IMG/VR virus record: IMGVR_UViG_3300025597_000012
Source: a virus
Length of the DNA stretch: 64,000 bases
Reading direction: 5' to 3' (one strand)
Positions 38,233 to 48,643 of this stretch are shown piece after piece. Positions within the stretch are counted from its first letter, which is position 1. The number at the start of each line of letters is the position of its first letter. A model generated the notes under the pieces. That model was not told where the DNA came from. It made no database searches and saw only the letters and a list, made by a program, of their open reading frames with translations. The position numbers and the translations under genes are program-made.

Positions 38233-39900
38233 TTAAGACAATGTATAGGAAGGTCTAGCCTTTTCTATAATAAGAGTCTTAGTTACGTCTTTTACCCAAA
38301 TGTTGGAGAAAGCTTTCATCCAAATTTGATAACCGTCATGGTGGTTAGCAGACATCATACCCTTCATAGCGGCGGGGCCGAGAGGAGAGTGTGTACCTAC
38401 AATGTAACCCCAATAGAGTTCACCATAGTTTTGAGGTTTAACAAGAACGATATTAGCGTTACTATTGAAACCATCATCAACACGGTATTTTACGTTGTCT
38501 ACTCTAGCAGCAGCATTACTTACTTTACCGTCAGTTACGTCCATAATCATATAAGTATATGATTCAATCGGATATTCACCGATAAGACCATCCTGAGTTC
38601 TGCTGTTGTAAACATTATCAAGTGCGGGGTTGATTTCGAACTCAAGCAATCCTGCAACAGGAGAGATGAATTTAACGAATCTGTAACCAAATCCAAGGTT
38701 CATTGAGTCTTTACCGAAAAGAACTCCACCCGGAACATCACCTGTATTTGTTAAGAACGGAACTGTTTGTTTGAATCTATCTTCAAGTTCTTTGGAGATT
38801 TGAATCATACCACCAGTACCAGTCATTACTTTAGTTCTACGTTGCTCAATGGGCACGCCTGATTTTGAGTAAAGGTTGGCTACTGCAGATTCGATAAGGT
38901 TAAGAGTAATCTTGTTATAGATATATCTGTTACCATTACGAAGTTGCTCATAAAGACCAGCACCAATACGGAGAGAACGGCGACCAGAACCTGTAGCGAA
39001 ACCACCTTTAGCCCACATAAGGTCTTTTTCGGTCATCATTTCCATTTCAGCACGAAGTAATACTTCAATAGTAGGCTGCCAAGTTAATGATTTAGGAAGG
39101 GGAGCACCTGTTTTGGGGTCTTTGTTCATATAAACCATTGTAGAACCCATACCTTCAAGACGTTGGTTGATGAAGGCAAGTTGAGGATGCTTAGACTCAT
39201 CAATACGAGCCATATCAGCATAACCTGTAATCCAGTGATTTACAGAACGGTGTCCACCACCAAGTTCCATTTCAAGGTGCATAAAACCAGTACGAAGACC
39301 TTCTGAAGAAATAGAAGATTTTTGAGTATCGTACTCGTTGTTTACGTTAGCTACTTTCATGTACTGAACACCGGGCTGAAGCCAAGCTTTCGGATAGTAA
39401 GTACCTTTACGATTTTTAGAAACGATTTCAACTGTATAAACGAAACCATCAGCTTCTTCTACAATTTCATCTTCTGTTACATATAGCTCGATACCATCAC
39501 GGAAATCGGCTGTAAGACGGTCTGTATTTTGATAGCAGTTTTCATTAAGTTTAAGTTTGAAACGCTGACCATCAAGACCGGGTTTATCGTTGTCTTTTTC
39601 TAAATCCTCAACAACGAAAGGAAGACCCAATTCATAAGGAACACTATAACGGAAACGACCTTCTGTATTAGGAACGTACATTACGTTATTCTTAAGCTCA
39701 GTCATGTTAATCAACGGAGTATTAATAATACTACGCTGGTTCCAAAGAGCGATAAGACCCTTATAAACAGTAAAAGAATCTTTACTGTAGTTGTTATACA
39801 AAAAGTTCAAATCTGTGAACTTCTTTGGGTCGAACTTAGTTTGTCCAACAATAACCGAGTTATTAATTTGATTTAATGTCGGTACTTTAAATTCTGACAT
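38233..39900 (-). CDS. Major capsid protein candidate
   Basis: 555-aa ORF directly after the scaffold-like gene, in portal-scaffold-capsid order. Confidence 0.6.
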   Translation of the reverse strand: MSEFKVPTLNQINNSVIVGQTKFDPKKFTDLNFLYNNYSKDSFTVYKGLIALWNQRSIINTPLINMTELKNNVMYVPNTEGRFRYSVPYELGLPFVVEDLEKDNDKPGLDGQRFKLKLNENCYQNTDRLTADFRDGIELYVTEDEIVEEADGFVYTVEIVSKNRKGTYYPKAWLQPGVQYMKVANVNNEYDTQKSSISSEGLRTGFMHLEMELGGGHRSVNHWITGYADMARIDESKHPQLAFINQRLEGMGSTMVYMNKDPKTGAPLPKSLTWQPTIEVLLRAEMEMMTEKDLMWAKGGFATGSGRRSLRIGAGLYEQLRNGNRYIYNKITLNLIESAVANLYSKSGVPIEQRRTKVMTGTGGMIQISKELEDRFKQTVPFLTNTGDVPGGVLFGKDSMNLGFGYRFVKFISPVAGLLEFEINPALDNVYNSRTQDGLIGEYPIESYTYMIMDVTDGKVSNAAARVDNVKYRVDDGFNSNANIVLVKPQNYGELYWGYIVGTHSPLGPAAMKGMMSANHHDGYQIWMKAFSNIWVKDVTKTLIIEKARPSYTLS

Positions 39901-39923
39901 GATTGTTAATTTTTACTTTAAAT

Positions 39924-41147
39924 TTATTTGAATATTACTGAAAAGTCAGTACCACTTTCTTTGGAAGAACTTGCTGAACCTTTTTCAACGTGATTACTTC
40001 CTTTATTTTTATCAAGAGTTCCGTTTCTTTTTATAAAGTTAAACGTCTTGTCTGTTACTTTATTTTCTACTTCGATAGCTTTTCTTTTAAGATAACCGTC
40101 TTTATCTAATATGAACTCTGCAAGTTCAATATATTTTGAAGGGTCATTTTGCCATTCAGCAAATTTTAAATAGAAATCATTTACTTTAGTTCCATCTTCA
40201 AGTGTTTTAAATTTAAAGATTGAATTTTTCAGTAATTGTTTTCTTTTACTATCGAATTCTTGATTAGAATCAATTACTTTGCTTATATTGCTCTCAAAGA
40301 CTTTTTGTTTTTCTTGTTGAGCTTTATTATAATCAAGCTGTTGTTGTTGAAGTTCTTGTAACTGATGTTTGTAGTTTTCTTCGTACTTACTCTTAATTTC
40401 TTCAGCTTCAGAGTCTAATGCGTTATCTTCTGCTTCTAAAGTATTAAGATATTTATTAATCTTATCGGATTTCCAACCGTGTACTTCTTTATACCACTTA
40501 GTTACAAGGGCTTTTTTAGAATCATCTGTAGAAATGTCAAATTCTTCTATTGCTTTTCTCTCTTTAAAGAGGTCAATTAATTTGTCAGCATCTCCACCGT
40601 TTTCTACATATTCAAGTACGGCTTCACCGAACTCTCCTGTAGATTTTTTTCTGCTTGTATATAGTTCATCAACTTTTGCTTCTACTTGTTTTTCAAGAAG
40701 TTGAGCAAAAATATCATCTGTAACTTCTAATTCTTCACTACCTTCAAAATCCTTAAAAAGACCTTTTTCTATAAGATATTGAACACTTGTTTTAAGAAGA
40801 GCTTTTCTTTCAGCTAGTAAAGTTTCTTCCTGAGCTTTTTCTTCTTCAGTTTTCTCTTCCTCTTTTTTAACCTCTTCAGGTTTCTTTACTTCTTCTACTT
40901 TTTCTACTTCTTCCTCAGTTTTCTCTTCCTCTTTAGGTTTAGTTTCAGTTTTAACTTCATCAAGTTTATCTAAATCTATTGTTTCTACATTAAAATTAGA
41001 TGATGTACTTACTTGAAGTGGTTTATCATTACCAGTAGGAAGGTTCAGATTATTTGCATTTACTTGATTATCAGGTGTTTCTGAGAATAAAGCATCTAAA
41101 CTTTCAGGTGAAATAGTTGCAACAGAAGTGTTTAAATCTCCTATCAT
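39924..41147 (-). CDS. Scaffolding protein candidate
   Basis: Acidic, E/K-rich coiled-coil protein (KPKEEEKTEEEVEKVEEVKKPEEVKKEEEK) between the portal and the MCP. Confidence 0.55.
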   Translation of the reverse strand: MIGDLNTSVATISPESLDALFSETPDNQVNANNLNLPTGNDKPLQVSTSSNFNVETIDLDKLDEVKTETKPKEEEKTEEEVEKVEEVKKPEEVKKEEEKTEEEKAQEETLLAERKALLKTSVQYLIEKGLFKDFEGSEELEVTDDIFAQLLEKQVEAKVDELYTSRKKSTGEFGEAVLEYVENGGDADKLIDLFKERKAIEEFDISTDDSKKALVTKWYKEVHGWKSDKINKYLNTLEAEDNALDSEAEEIKSKYEENYKHQLQELQQQQLDYNKAQQEKQKVFESNISKVIDSNQEFDSKRKQLLKNSIFKFKTLEDGTKVNDFYLKFAEWQNDPSKYIELAEFILDKDGYLKRKAIEVENKVTDKTFNFIKRNGTLDKNKGSNHVEKGSASSSKESGTDFSVIFK

Positions 41148-41185
41148 ATAATTGGTTTTTTTAAGTTCTTGATTGTCAGTGAATA

Positions 41186-41217
41186 CAAAGGTAATTAATT
41201 AAATTGAATTAATAAAA
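41186..41217 (-). promoter_or_regulatory. Bacteroidota-type promoter (weak -33)
   Basis: Minus strand reads TTTT-N20-TACCTTTG. Confidence 0.35.
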
Positions 41218-41246
41218 CGTATGAAAAAGTTTGAGCTATTATGGCA

Positions 41247-43958
41247 TTACTTAGTTTTCTTCTTAATTTTATCAGCTTTTGCCTTCTGTTCAAGCTCTTT
41301 TCCTTTCATTATTTTAGCATAATCTAGTTTCTTTTCTTCTACTTGTAGACCAGCTTCTATCTTCTTTTTATCAAGTTCAAGCTTTTTCATTCTATAATCA
41401 TGTTCTGAAATTGCTTTATCTCTTTCTAAAGAAGTTTTTTCACGTTGAGCTTCAATCTTATCGGAAGCTTCTTGTTGTTTTTGACCAAGTTTATCATACT
41501 CTAGAATATCTGGAGTTTGGTCTGTATTCTGGTCTTTAAGATTATCTTGTTGTCTTCCAAAAGTAGTGATATAAGCCACTTCTTTTTTATTCTCAAGAGT
41601 CTTATCAAGGTCAGCACTTTCTTGTTGCATCTTAAGTTCTTCCAGTTGTTTTTGCTGGTCAATCTTTTGTTGCTCAAGTTGGAATTGTTGGTCAAGTCTT
41701 TGTTGCTGCTTGTCATAAGATTCTTTAAGTTTAATCTTAATTTGAGCAGGAGAATTAGATGTAATAATTTCAGCAAGGTCTACAACCGTTGCATTTGTAG
41801 TATTATTACTTAAAGCAAGTTGTTTTAAACTTTCAAGTTGTCTAATATCTTCTTGAGAATTAGATACATATACGTGGAGGTCTGATAGTAAAAGGTCAGT
41901 TCCAAGTATTTTTACAAAAGCTCTACTTAGGTCAGATTTAACATAAGTAACTGTAACATCTTGTTCTTTAGATTGTACATATTGAGCTATATCCAAGTTC
42001 ATTTTATTACATCTTTGGATATAGTTACTAAAGTTAGTAAAGTAGGATTCTGTTTGTGCAAATGAACGTGTTTGTCCTGCTTCTGCAGTACCAACAGGTG
42101 TTGAATTAGATTGCTGTCCTAAACGATACTGGTTAAAACCAACTTGTTTAAGAGCAAATTCTTCAAATGCTTCTGCTATTTTAAGTCTTGAAAGTATTCT
42201 TGCTGAAGCATCTAAGTCAATTTCTTTAGGATAATGACCACCAGCTATACCAGCAGCACCTTGTACGTTTGCAGGAGAAGTATCTACTACAGTTACTCCA
42301 AGCTCTTTAGCAATAAGCATAAATCTTTCATATGCTTTTGCTCCTCCCCAGTCTTTCTTATCAGGGAACATATTAACATCCATGATAAGGAATTTACCAT
42401 AATCTTTTTGCATTTCAGCATAAGCTTGGTTCATAGCTACGTTATGACCAATTTGGTGAGGCTTTATTAAATCTACAAGTGATTGAGACTGAGAATTTCT
42501 TATGCTAAATACTTGTCCACAAACCGGTAATTTTGAGCCGTATAAATTATTATCTGCTTTAAATTGAAAATCTGTAGGTTTAACATCTACATAAATATCA
42601 GAAGTAAAGCCGGCATGATTTTTAACACAAATTTTAGTTCCTTTCCATGTTCTATTTACCCAAGTCCATGTCACAGTATTTTCTTCATTAGATTCATCAA
42701 ATACAGAATCTATTTCTTTAAAATTAGCCGGAACTACAAAATCTTCATCTACATAGACTTTTCTTATTTGTCCAGTTTCAGGGTCTTTAAATATTAGTTT
42801 GCCAATTTTTTCTTGTGATTTCCAATAACCTTCAACAACAAAAAAATAACCTCTTCTTTCATTAAAATAACGACCACCATATAGACTAGTAAAGAAATTA
42901 CTATCTAAATAAGGTAAATTATTTTCTGGTTGAAGAAATCCTTGTGATTGTCTTACAATGTCATATGCTGGATACCCTTTAAAAGGCATCATATAATTTT
43001 CATAAACATATTCAGTACCAGCAGCATAATTCCAATGTTTATCTTTTGGTTTGGCTAGTTCTTGAAGATGTTCAATATCTTCTTTTTTCATCTTATAACC
43101 GTATCTATCAATAATATCAGATACTGTAAGATAAAATACACGACCCACATAATCTCCATCTTCAATATAGTTTACATCAGGAGATTTATGAAAAAATACA
43201 TTTATAGGGTTCCAAGTTTCTTGGTTATAACCATTAGGTGTTAAGTAAAAGTGTCTAAAGCATCTATCTGCAATTAGCATATCTTCAAATTCAACTTTCT
43301 CTTTTTCTAGAAATTTGAAGCGTTTACGGTCAAGCTCTAACTGATGTTGTCCCCATAGTTCTGCTGAAGAACTCCATGTTGTCTTCATGTATTCAGAAAT
43401 TTGTGGGGGAGTAAGCTGTTGCTTTAACTGTTCTACTTGCTTTTGATAAGCTTGCATTTCTTCATCAGAGTTGAAATCTTGTTTATTCTCATCAACTCCC
43501 ATCTCAAGTAATTTACGACTTACTTCGGCATTTATCTTAGCCATTACATATTTCTGTAATAGGTCAGTTTGAGTTCTTTGATACTCATTTCCAGTCTTTT
43601 CATCATGAGCTTTAACTCTAAAAAAATCTGGTCTTGTTTGCCATTCACCAGATAGTGTGTTTACTACCTTTGATGCAATATCATAATGTCTTAAGTATGA
43701 AGGAATTGCAAACTCTTTTGTAAGTTGACCAATCATATCAGAGTAGTCATCTTCTTCAAAATAGTGCTTATATATAAAACGTCCTTTTACAAGTTCGTAG
43801 TTTTCTACGAATCTCATATTTTGTATAAACTGGCTTCTGCCCACAGACTCCAGTGCATCCATACAGTTTTGCCACCACTCTTCATTCTTTTCACTTTTCT
43901 TTAACATCTGCGGGGGCAGCATTGCTAAGATGGACGATGTATAAAACGCGTTGTACAT
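41247..43958 (-). CDS. Portal protein candidate
   Basis: 903-aa ORF directly downstream of the large terminase, with a Q/K/E coiled-coil C-terminus. Confidence 0.6.
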   Translation of the reverse strand: MYNAFYTSSILAMLPPQMLKKSEKNEEWWQNCMDALESVGRSQFIQNMRFVENYELVKGRFIYKHYFEEDDYSDMIGQLTKEFAIPSYLRHYDIASKVVNTLSGEWQTRPDFFRVKAHDEKTGNEYQRTQTDLLQKYVMAKINAEVSRKLLEMGVDENKQDFNSDEEMQAYQKQVEQLKQQLTPPQISEYMKTTWSSSAELWGQHQLELDRKRFKFLEKEKVEFEDMLIADRCFRHFYLTPNGYNQETWNPINVFFHKSPDVNYIEDGDYVGRVFYLTVSDIIDRYGYKMKKEDIEHLQELAKPKDKHWNYAAGTEYVYENYMMPFKGYPAYDIVRQSQGFLQPENNLPYLDSNFFTSLYGGRYFNERRGYFFVVEGYWKSQEKIGKLIFKDPETGQIRKVYVDEDFVVPANFKEIDSVFDESNEENTVTWTWVNRTWKGTKICVKNHAGFTSDIYVDVKPTDFQFKADNNLYGSKLPVCGQVFSIRNSQSQSLVDLIKPHQIGHNVAMNQAYAEMQKDYGKFLIMDVNMFPDKKDWGGAKAYERFMLIAKELGVTVVDTSPANVQGAAGIAGGHYPKEIDLDASARILSRLKIAEAFEEFALKQVGFNQYRLGQQSNSTPVGTAEAGQTRSFAQTESYFTNFSNYIQRCNKMNLDIAQYVQSKEQDVTVTYVKSDLSRAFVKILGTDLLLSDLHVYVSNSQEDIRQLESLKQLALSNNTTNATVVDLAEIITSNSPAQIKIKLKESYDKQQQRLDQQFQLEQQKIDQQKQLEELKMQQESADLDKTLENKKEVAYITTFGRQQDNLKDQNTDQTPDILEYDKLGQKQQEASDKIEAQREKTSLERDKAISEHDYRMKKLELDKKKIEAGLQVEEKKLDYAKIMKGKELEQKAKADKIKKKTK

Positions 43959-43973
43959 AAATTAATTAAAAAG

Positions 43974-44005
43974 CAAATATACGCAAAAATCAGGATTCAT
44001 TAAAA
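43974..44005 (-). promoter_or_regulatory. Bacteroidota-type promoter (weak -33)
   Basis: Minus strand reads TTTT-N20-TATATTTG, 16 nt before the portal ATG. Confidence 0.4.
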
Positions 44006-44032
44006 TTTTGTGAAAATTTTAATCAATTCTAA

Positions 44033-46072
44033 TTAAAATGGTGAAGTATTAGTTCTAAATGTAGAAGCTCTACTTAATCTAAACGGAGAGCGTATAGGTT
44101 TAAACTCTTTAGTAGGTTGAGGAGTATCTGAATGATTTACTAAAGGACTTGTTTTTTGTAGGTGAGAATCATATGCTAAAGCGTGTCTAAATGCCACAAT
44201 TCTATCCACATTTACTGTACTACTATAATTAAGCATTTCTACAAGAAGCATTTTATCTGGGATTCTTGTTACTCCAAGTTTTTTGATTACTCTTCCATCC
44301 TCTAGAACAGTAGTCAATTCTTCTTTACAGTATTGGTAAAGTAGAGCCATACAGTGATTTATAACTCCTACTGTAGGAGGTAAACCCTTTGGTTTGTTTC
44401 TAATAGATGTATTTGGTGAAATCTGTACTAGCAAGTTATAGCCATCAGCAAGGTAGTGAGCCTTATTTTTGGCATCCATATACTCTATGAAGTTAGTACC
44501 TACGTTTTCTATCATCAGAGTTGCGTTGTATAATTCCAAGAGCATCTCTACTATATTATGCCACTCTTTCATTTGTGTTGGACGAGCTGCATAACTTGCT
44601 ACAATAGAGTTTTGGTATGTTCCGTTTACAGGGTCATAAAGTCTTTTATATATACAAACTGTACCTAATGAAGGACTATTGTTTGATGTACTTTGGTTAT
44701 ATGGGTCACCTCCCGCTATATATAAAAGAGGTGTAATATTTTCAGGTTCAGCTACAGGAGGCTCAAACATCATAATAGGAGCATCTTTAATAGTAGCTCC
44801 TGTTACAGGGAAATCTGTAATTTCTTTTAAAGATGTATTAAATGTATATTTTACTTTTCCTAATTGGTCTCTATAAAGTTCTACAGGAGTACCGCTTTTT
44901 TCTAAACTATTCAAATAAGCAAGATGCTCTCTAATAGCTTCAATAGGAAATTCATTTACTTCATCACTTAAGAAACAATCTTCTGGTTCCTTCGGAAAAT
45001 ACATTCTAGCTTTAAGAGCAGCTTTTGGGTCTTTAGCATTTTGAGCATCTGCTATTTCTCTATCTGTTACAGAATCTGCTAATGCTTTATCTGATTCATA
45101 AAAAGGAAGATTTAATAATTCAGAATCTTCTGGAAGTAATATATTATTTTTTCTTACAAAATTTCCAAAAGTTGTTTTAACTTTTCCTTCCATTCTATAA
45201 CTACCCGGAACAAAAAGACCATATTTTTTGGATTTACCCGGCCATTCTACACCTAAAAAACCATATGCTTCAGGGTCTGTAAATAGTTTTTCTGCATCTG
45301 AATTAGGGATGAAAGTACCACCTGTACCAGTTAGAATAGGTACACAACGCCATCCAAAGGGAGATGTAAAACCGGGTTTAGCAGCTTCAAAAGCTTCAAT
45401 AATTTTTTCAGCTTTACCAATCTCATCTATTACAAGAGTTTTAGGAGTAGTACCTGCAATAGCTTCCGTTTTTCTACCTTCTTCAAGGTTACGAATAAGT
45501 ATTTTAGACCATTCTACTTTCTCACCAGATTTCTTTTTAAGACCAAGAGAAACCTCTTTTCTCCAGTCATCTAATAGTCTATCAAATTTAAAATAAGGAT
45601 TTAATGATGCTAATCCTCTATCTGTAGAAGCAGCAATAATTTTAATATCAGATTCTGTAGTACTAGAAATGATATTTTGAGAACCTTCATAAATAGTAGC
45701 ACCTCTTCCAATCCAAGAGGCTTCAAATTCAGTCTTTGCAAAACGGCGTGTACCAAAAATTAATAGTCCTTTATTTTTTGCATCTTCCGCTTTCTTAATA
45801 TATTCTGCTATAAGCCACTCATTATCACGAAAATCAGGGTTTTTAAATACACGAATAATATCTTGTGGTCTATTTGGGTCTTCTTGGTCAAGATAAATTT
45901 TCCAGTGATTCAAATGCCAATATAACCAACCATGTATGTAAATACCATTAATTGTTACACCATATTTTATCTTTTTTAACTCTTCCTGAAAAAAAGGATG
46001 CCATTCCTCAGATTTCTCATCTGGAATGGCTTTCATATTAATAAATAATTCAGGACTTGTACTTAGGCTCAT
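44033..46072 (-). CDS. terL: Terminase large subunit
   Basis: Walker A-like LIFGTRRFAKTE and Walker B-like TLVIDEIG. Its size and its position next to the portal fit. Confidence 0.7.
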   Translation of the reverse strand: MSLSTSPELFINMKAIPDEKSEEWHPFFQEELKKIKYGVTINGIYIHGWLYWHLNHWKIYLDQEDPNRPQDIIRVFKNPDFRDNEWLIAEYIKKAEDAKNKGLLIFGTRRFAKTEFEASWIGRGATIYEGSQNIISSTTESDIKIIAASTDRGLASLNPYFKFDRLLDDWRKEVSLGLKKKSGEKVEWSKILIRNLEEGRKTEAIAGTTPKTLVIDEIGKAEKIIEAFEAAKPGFTSPFGWRCVPILTGTGGTFIPNSDAEKLFTDPEAYGFLGVEWPGKSKKYGLFVPGSYRMEGKVKTTFGNFVRKNNILLPEDSELLNLPFYESDKALADSVTDREIADAQNAKDPKAALKARMYFPKEPEDCFLSDEVNEFPIEAIREHLAYLNSLEKSGTPVELYRDQLGKVKYTFNTSLKEITDFPVTGATIKDAPIMMFEPPVAEPENITPLLYIAGGDPYNQSTSNNSPSLGTVCIYKRLYDPVNGTYQNSIVASYAARPTQMKEWHNIVEMLLELYNATLMIENVGTNFIEYMDAKNKAHYLADGYNLLVQISPNTSIRNKPKGLPPTVGVINHCMALLYQYCKEELTTVLEDGRVIKKLGVTRIPDKMLLVEMLNYSSTVNVDRIVAFRHALAYDSHLQKTSPLVNHSDTPQPTKEFKPIRSPFRLSRASTFRTNTSPF

Positions 46073-46404
46073 GTGGTTTCTTCTAGTTTGGAACTCATCA
46101 TTCCATTTATATTAGACCCTTTTCTTACTTGGGCTTCTACTTCTGCTTTTGTTTCTCTTGCTTCTTCTACTGCTTTTAAAAGTGATGCAAATTCTTTAAG
46201 AGCTAAAATCCAACCTTTTAAAGCAGCTTCTTTAGTAGCAATAATTTTAACTACAGGCTGACCTTTAGAAGAAGTAACTGTTTCAATTCTATCATCTATA
46301 TCTTCAATAGGATTATTATCTATAAATGTTTTAAGGCTTGCAAGTTTACTTTCAAGCCAATCAATTTCAAATTGTGTATATAAATGGTCTTTCTGTTTAG
46401 TCAT
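46069..46404 (-). CDS. Small coiled-coil protein (small terminase candidate)
   Basis: 111 aa with a 4-nt overlap onto terL. Call is from position only. Confidence 0.3.
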   Translation of the reverse strand: MTKQKDHLYTQFEIDWLESKLASLKTFIDNNPIEDIDDRIETVTSSKGQPVVKIIATKEAALKGWILALKEFASLLKAVEEARETKAEVEAQVRKGSNINGMMSSKLEETT

Positions 46405-46936
46405 TTTTTACTGGTTCAACTTCGTTAAATATTCTTACTGAAGGTATGAGACCAATATCAGTCATTGTAAACTTCTCAATTTCAATACCCCATTTTTTTA
46501 CTTCTACTCTTAATTTCTTAGCAATAATATTGTCAATCTCATTATCATTACATTCTTGCCAATCTCTTTGTATAATTTGCTCTTTAATAATGGCTTGTGT
46601 TGTATCTGAAAGAGCATCTTTACTATCTGATACTTTTAAAAGGAAAGGAGTTACATCAGCTATGTTATATTTGATTACTCCTTTAACAACTACTTGTTTT
46701 TTATCTTTAGTCGTTAAGGATTGTGATGGTGTAGATAATGTAGTTGTTACAACACTTTGTGTAAAGATTTCATCTAAAAAAGGTATTTTAAGATAAAATC
46801 CGGGAGATAATGTTTTAATATAAGTACCACCTCTTAGACGTATTCCAGCTTCCCACTGTTTTATCATCCAGAAAGGAATTACTTTATCTATTATACCAAT
46901 TATCCATTGTATAAGAGAATCAAGCATTTGATGCAT
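46397..46936 (-). CDS. SPFH/band-7 (prohibitin-like) domain protein
   Basis: N-terminal TM segment, then IKQWEAGIRLRGGTYIKTLSPGFYLKIPFLDEI...VKGVIKYNIADV, the typical SPFH core pattern. Confidence 0.55.
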   Translation of the reverse strand: MHQMLDSLIQWIIGIIDKVIPFWMIKQWEAGIRLRGGTYIKTLSPGFYLKIPFLDEIFTQSVVTTTLSTPSQSLTTKDKKQVVVKGVIKYNIADVTPFLLKVSDSKDALSDTTQAIIKEQIIQRDWQECNDNEIDNIIAKKLRVEVKKWGIEIEKFTMTDIGLIPSVRIFNEVEPVKND

Positions 46937-47177
46937 CCTCCTCGCCTAATGTCAGCTCTCTATCTAACTCATCTTTATAATCCTCTATTTTTTTCAATAG
47001 TTTATCATTATTCCAATGATAGGATTCTTCAGAATCTTCTTTCTTTCTGAGAATATGACATAAGTGTTGAGAAATAGTATATTGAGGAAATTGTTGTACA
47101 ACTTGCATAAAGTTGTAAAAAATTTGCTCTTCTATCTGTTTTCTCTTCTTGTCTATTGGTTTTTGAATGTTAATCAT
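46920..47177 (-). CDS. Hypothetical protein (85 aa)
   Basis: ORF. Confidence 0.35.
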   Translation of the reverse strand: MINIQKPIDKKRKQIEEQIFYNFMQVVQQFPQYTISQHLCHILRKKEDSEESYHWNNDKLLKKIEDYKDELDRELTLGEEDASNA

Positions 47178-47538
47178 GTTTTTTATTTTTATCGTATGCT
47201 GTCCATTTTAACTCCATTTTATTATCTTTATTTGAAGCGTTAAATATTTCAATTCCACAATTTGAAGAAAGAGATGCCGTCTTTTTTACTATAGGACAGC
47301 CACACTGAATACAGTGTTCATCTTTTCTCATAGTTACATAATTGCCGGCAGCTACTGCATTCTTACTTAAAAAAGGACATCCTTCACAGATAGCTCTTCT
47401 TCTTACTATCTCTTTAACTTCATCTTCTTGTAGGTCTCCTGCTTCTAATTTAATATCATTAAGCCATCCTTCAAGTATTTTATCAGCATTAGTCAATGCT
47501 CTCGGTATCAATTTCAGGTATTCCAAAAGTGCGCTCAT
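47170..47538 (-). CDS. Cys-cluster (zinc-binding?) protein
   Basis: CEGCPF...CIQCGCP motifs. Confidence 0.35.
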   Translation of the reverse strand: MSALLEYLKLIPRALTNADKILEGWLNDIKLEAGDLQEDEVKEIVRRRAICEGCPFLSKNAVAAGNYVTMRKDEHCIQCGCPIVKKTASLSSNCGIEIFNASNKDNKMELKWTAYDKNKKHD

Positions 47539-47893
47539 CTTTTAATTTTTTCTGTTCTAATCTATAAATTGCTAAGTCGTTTCTTTTCTTTAATAACTTT
47601 CTAAGATTTTCATATTTATAATCTAAGATTAAATTTTTCTTTTTTTCTGTAAACTTAGGTGAATAATATATGTTTCTTATTTTAGCTATTTCATCTTTTA
47701 TTTCAAAATAAAGTTTTTTAGGACTTACACAAATAGTTCCAAAATTCTTTATATAGATAGCATCATAAACTACATTAGCCAGTTGTTTTTTAATTCCTTC
47801 TTTCCAATAAAAAGCATTTACTTTCTTAACTAGATTAACTGGTAGATTTAGTTCTTCGGCTGCCTGTTTATAATAATTATCGGGTGTCTTCAT
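47489..47893 (-). CDS. Hypothetical basic protein (134 aa)
   Basis: ORF. It overlaps the next gene by 50 nt, so one of the two boundaries is uncertain. Confidence 0.35.
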   Translation of the reverse strand: MKTPDNYYKQAAEELNLPVNLVKKVNAFYWKEGIKKQLANVVYDAIYIKNFGTICVSPKKLYFEIKDEIAKIRNIYYSPKFTEKKKNLILDYKYENLRKLLKKRNDLAIYRLEQKKLKDERTFGIPEIDTESID

Positions 47894-48234
47894 TAACTAT
47901 TATCAACTTTAATTAAAACTCCTATAGCTGCGTCAGATTGAAAATTAATTTTATCGTTTATATGATATTCTTTAAGAGATGTTGATTTTTTAAGCAAACC
48001 AACTCTTTTAAGTTTAGAAATTGTATTGTTTAAAGAATCTTCGCTTTTCAAAAGTTCACTTTTTAATATCAGTTGTCTTGTGCTCTCACTATCTTTATAA
48101 ACTAAAAAATAAGCTAATACGGTAAGTTCCGTATCTGAAAGTTTAATATCAGACAATAAACAAAAAATTGAAAGAACAACTTTTGCCTGTTCAATCTTTC
48201 CGTAGCTCTTTTTTTCAATCTTTATAAGTTGCAC
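47893..48234 (-). CDS. Hypothetical protein (113 aa, HTH-like?)
   Basis: First ORF after the promoter at 48254-48284. Confidence 0.35.
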   Translation of the reverse strand: MQLIKIEKKSYGKIEQAKVVLSIFCLLSDIKLSDTELTVLAYFLVYKDSESTRQLILKSELLKSEDSLNNTISKLKRVGLLKKSTSLKEYHINDKINFQSDAAIGVLIKVDNS

Positions 48235-48253
48235 AACTAATTGGTTTTGAGGA

Positions 48254-48284
48254 CAAAGATAAGTATTTTATTTGAAATAACAAA
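48254..48284 (-). promoter_or_regulatory. Bacteroidota-type promoter of the morphogenesis operon
   Basis: Minus strand reads TTTG-N19-TATCTTTG. Confidence 0.6.
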
Positions 48285-48322
48285 ATTTTATATAAGACTT
48301 TAACATTTTGGTAACAAACAGG

Positions 48323-48358
48323 AAAGGCCGACTTACAACTAGTTGTAAATCAGCCTTT
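48323..48358 (-). terminator. Long near-perfect hairpin closing tRNA array 1
   Basis: AAAGGCCGACTTACAACT/AGTTGTAAATCAGCCTTT palindrome. The T-tract is clear on the plus strand and weaker on the minus strand. Confidence 0.45.
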
Positions 48359-48408
48359 TAATTTAACCCTCCACCTTAGTCCTGTACCAGCGGGATTGGG
48401 GGAATACG

Positions 48409-48480
48409 CACGGGCTGTGGGCATCGAACCCATCTCCATGCAAGGTTTTGGAGACCTGCTGCTTCCTAAAGCTAGCCCGG
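48409..48480 (-). tRNA. tRNA-Trp(CCA), non-canonical
   Basis: Anticodon loop CTCCAAA and T-arm ATGGG-TTCGATG-CCCAC. Irregular features are a tiny D-loop (GCTT-TAGG-AAGC), a C1.U72 mismatch and an 8-nt variable region. The TGG codon in the upstream leader supports the call. Confidence 0.5.
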
Positions 48481-48485
48481 ATAAG

Positions 48486-48558
48486 TACACTCTAAAAGAT
48501 TCGAACTTTTATTTCTTGGTTCGTAGCCAAGTGTCCTCATCCATTGGACGAAGAGTGC
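48486..48558 (-). tRNA. tRNA-Arg(ACG)
   Basis: Cloverleaf with anticodon loop CTACGAA and T-arm AAAAG-TTCGAAT-CTTTT. Confidence 0.8.
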
Positions 48559-48563
48559 AAAAG

Positions 48564-48636
48564 TGTGAATGACCAGACTCGAACTGGTACTTAGTAGCTC
48601 CACAAACTACCGCTCTACCATTAAGCTACATCCACC
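48564..48636 (-). tRNA. tRNA-His(GUG) with encoded G-1
   Basis: Anticodon loop TTGTGGA, an extra 5' G before acceptor GTGGATG, and T-arm ACCAG-TTCGAGT-CTGGT. Confidence 0.8.
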
Positions 48637-48643
48637 ATATGAG

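Noticed and set aside
41501-41776. 91-aa minus-strand ORF inside the portal gene
   Set aside because: It is an out-of-frame overlap within the K/Q/L-rich coiled-coil region of the portal gene, and its translation is low-complexity.
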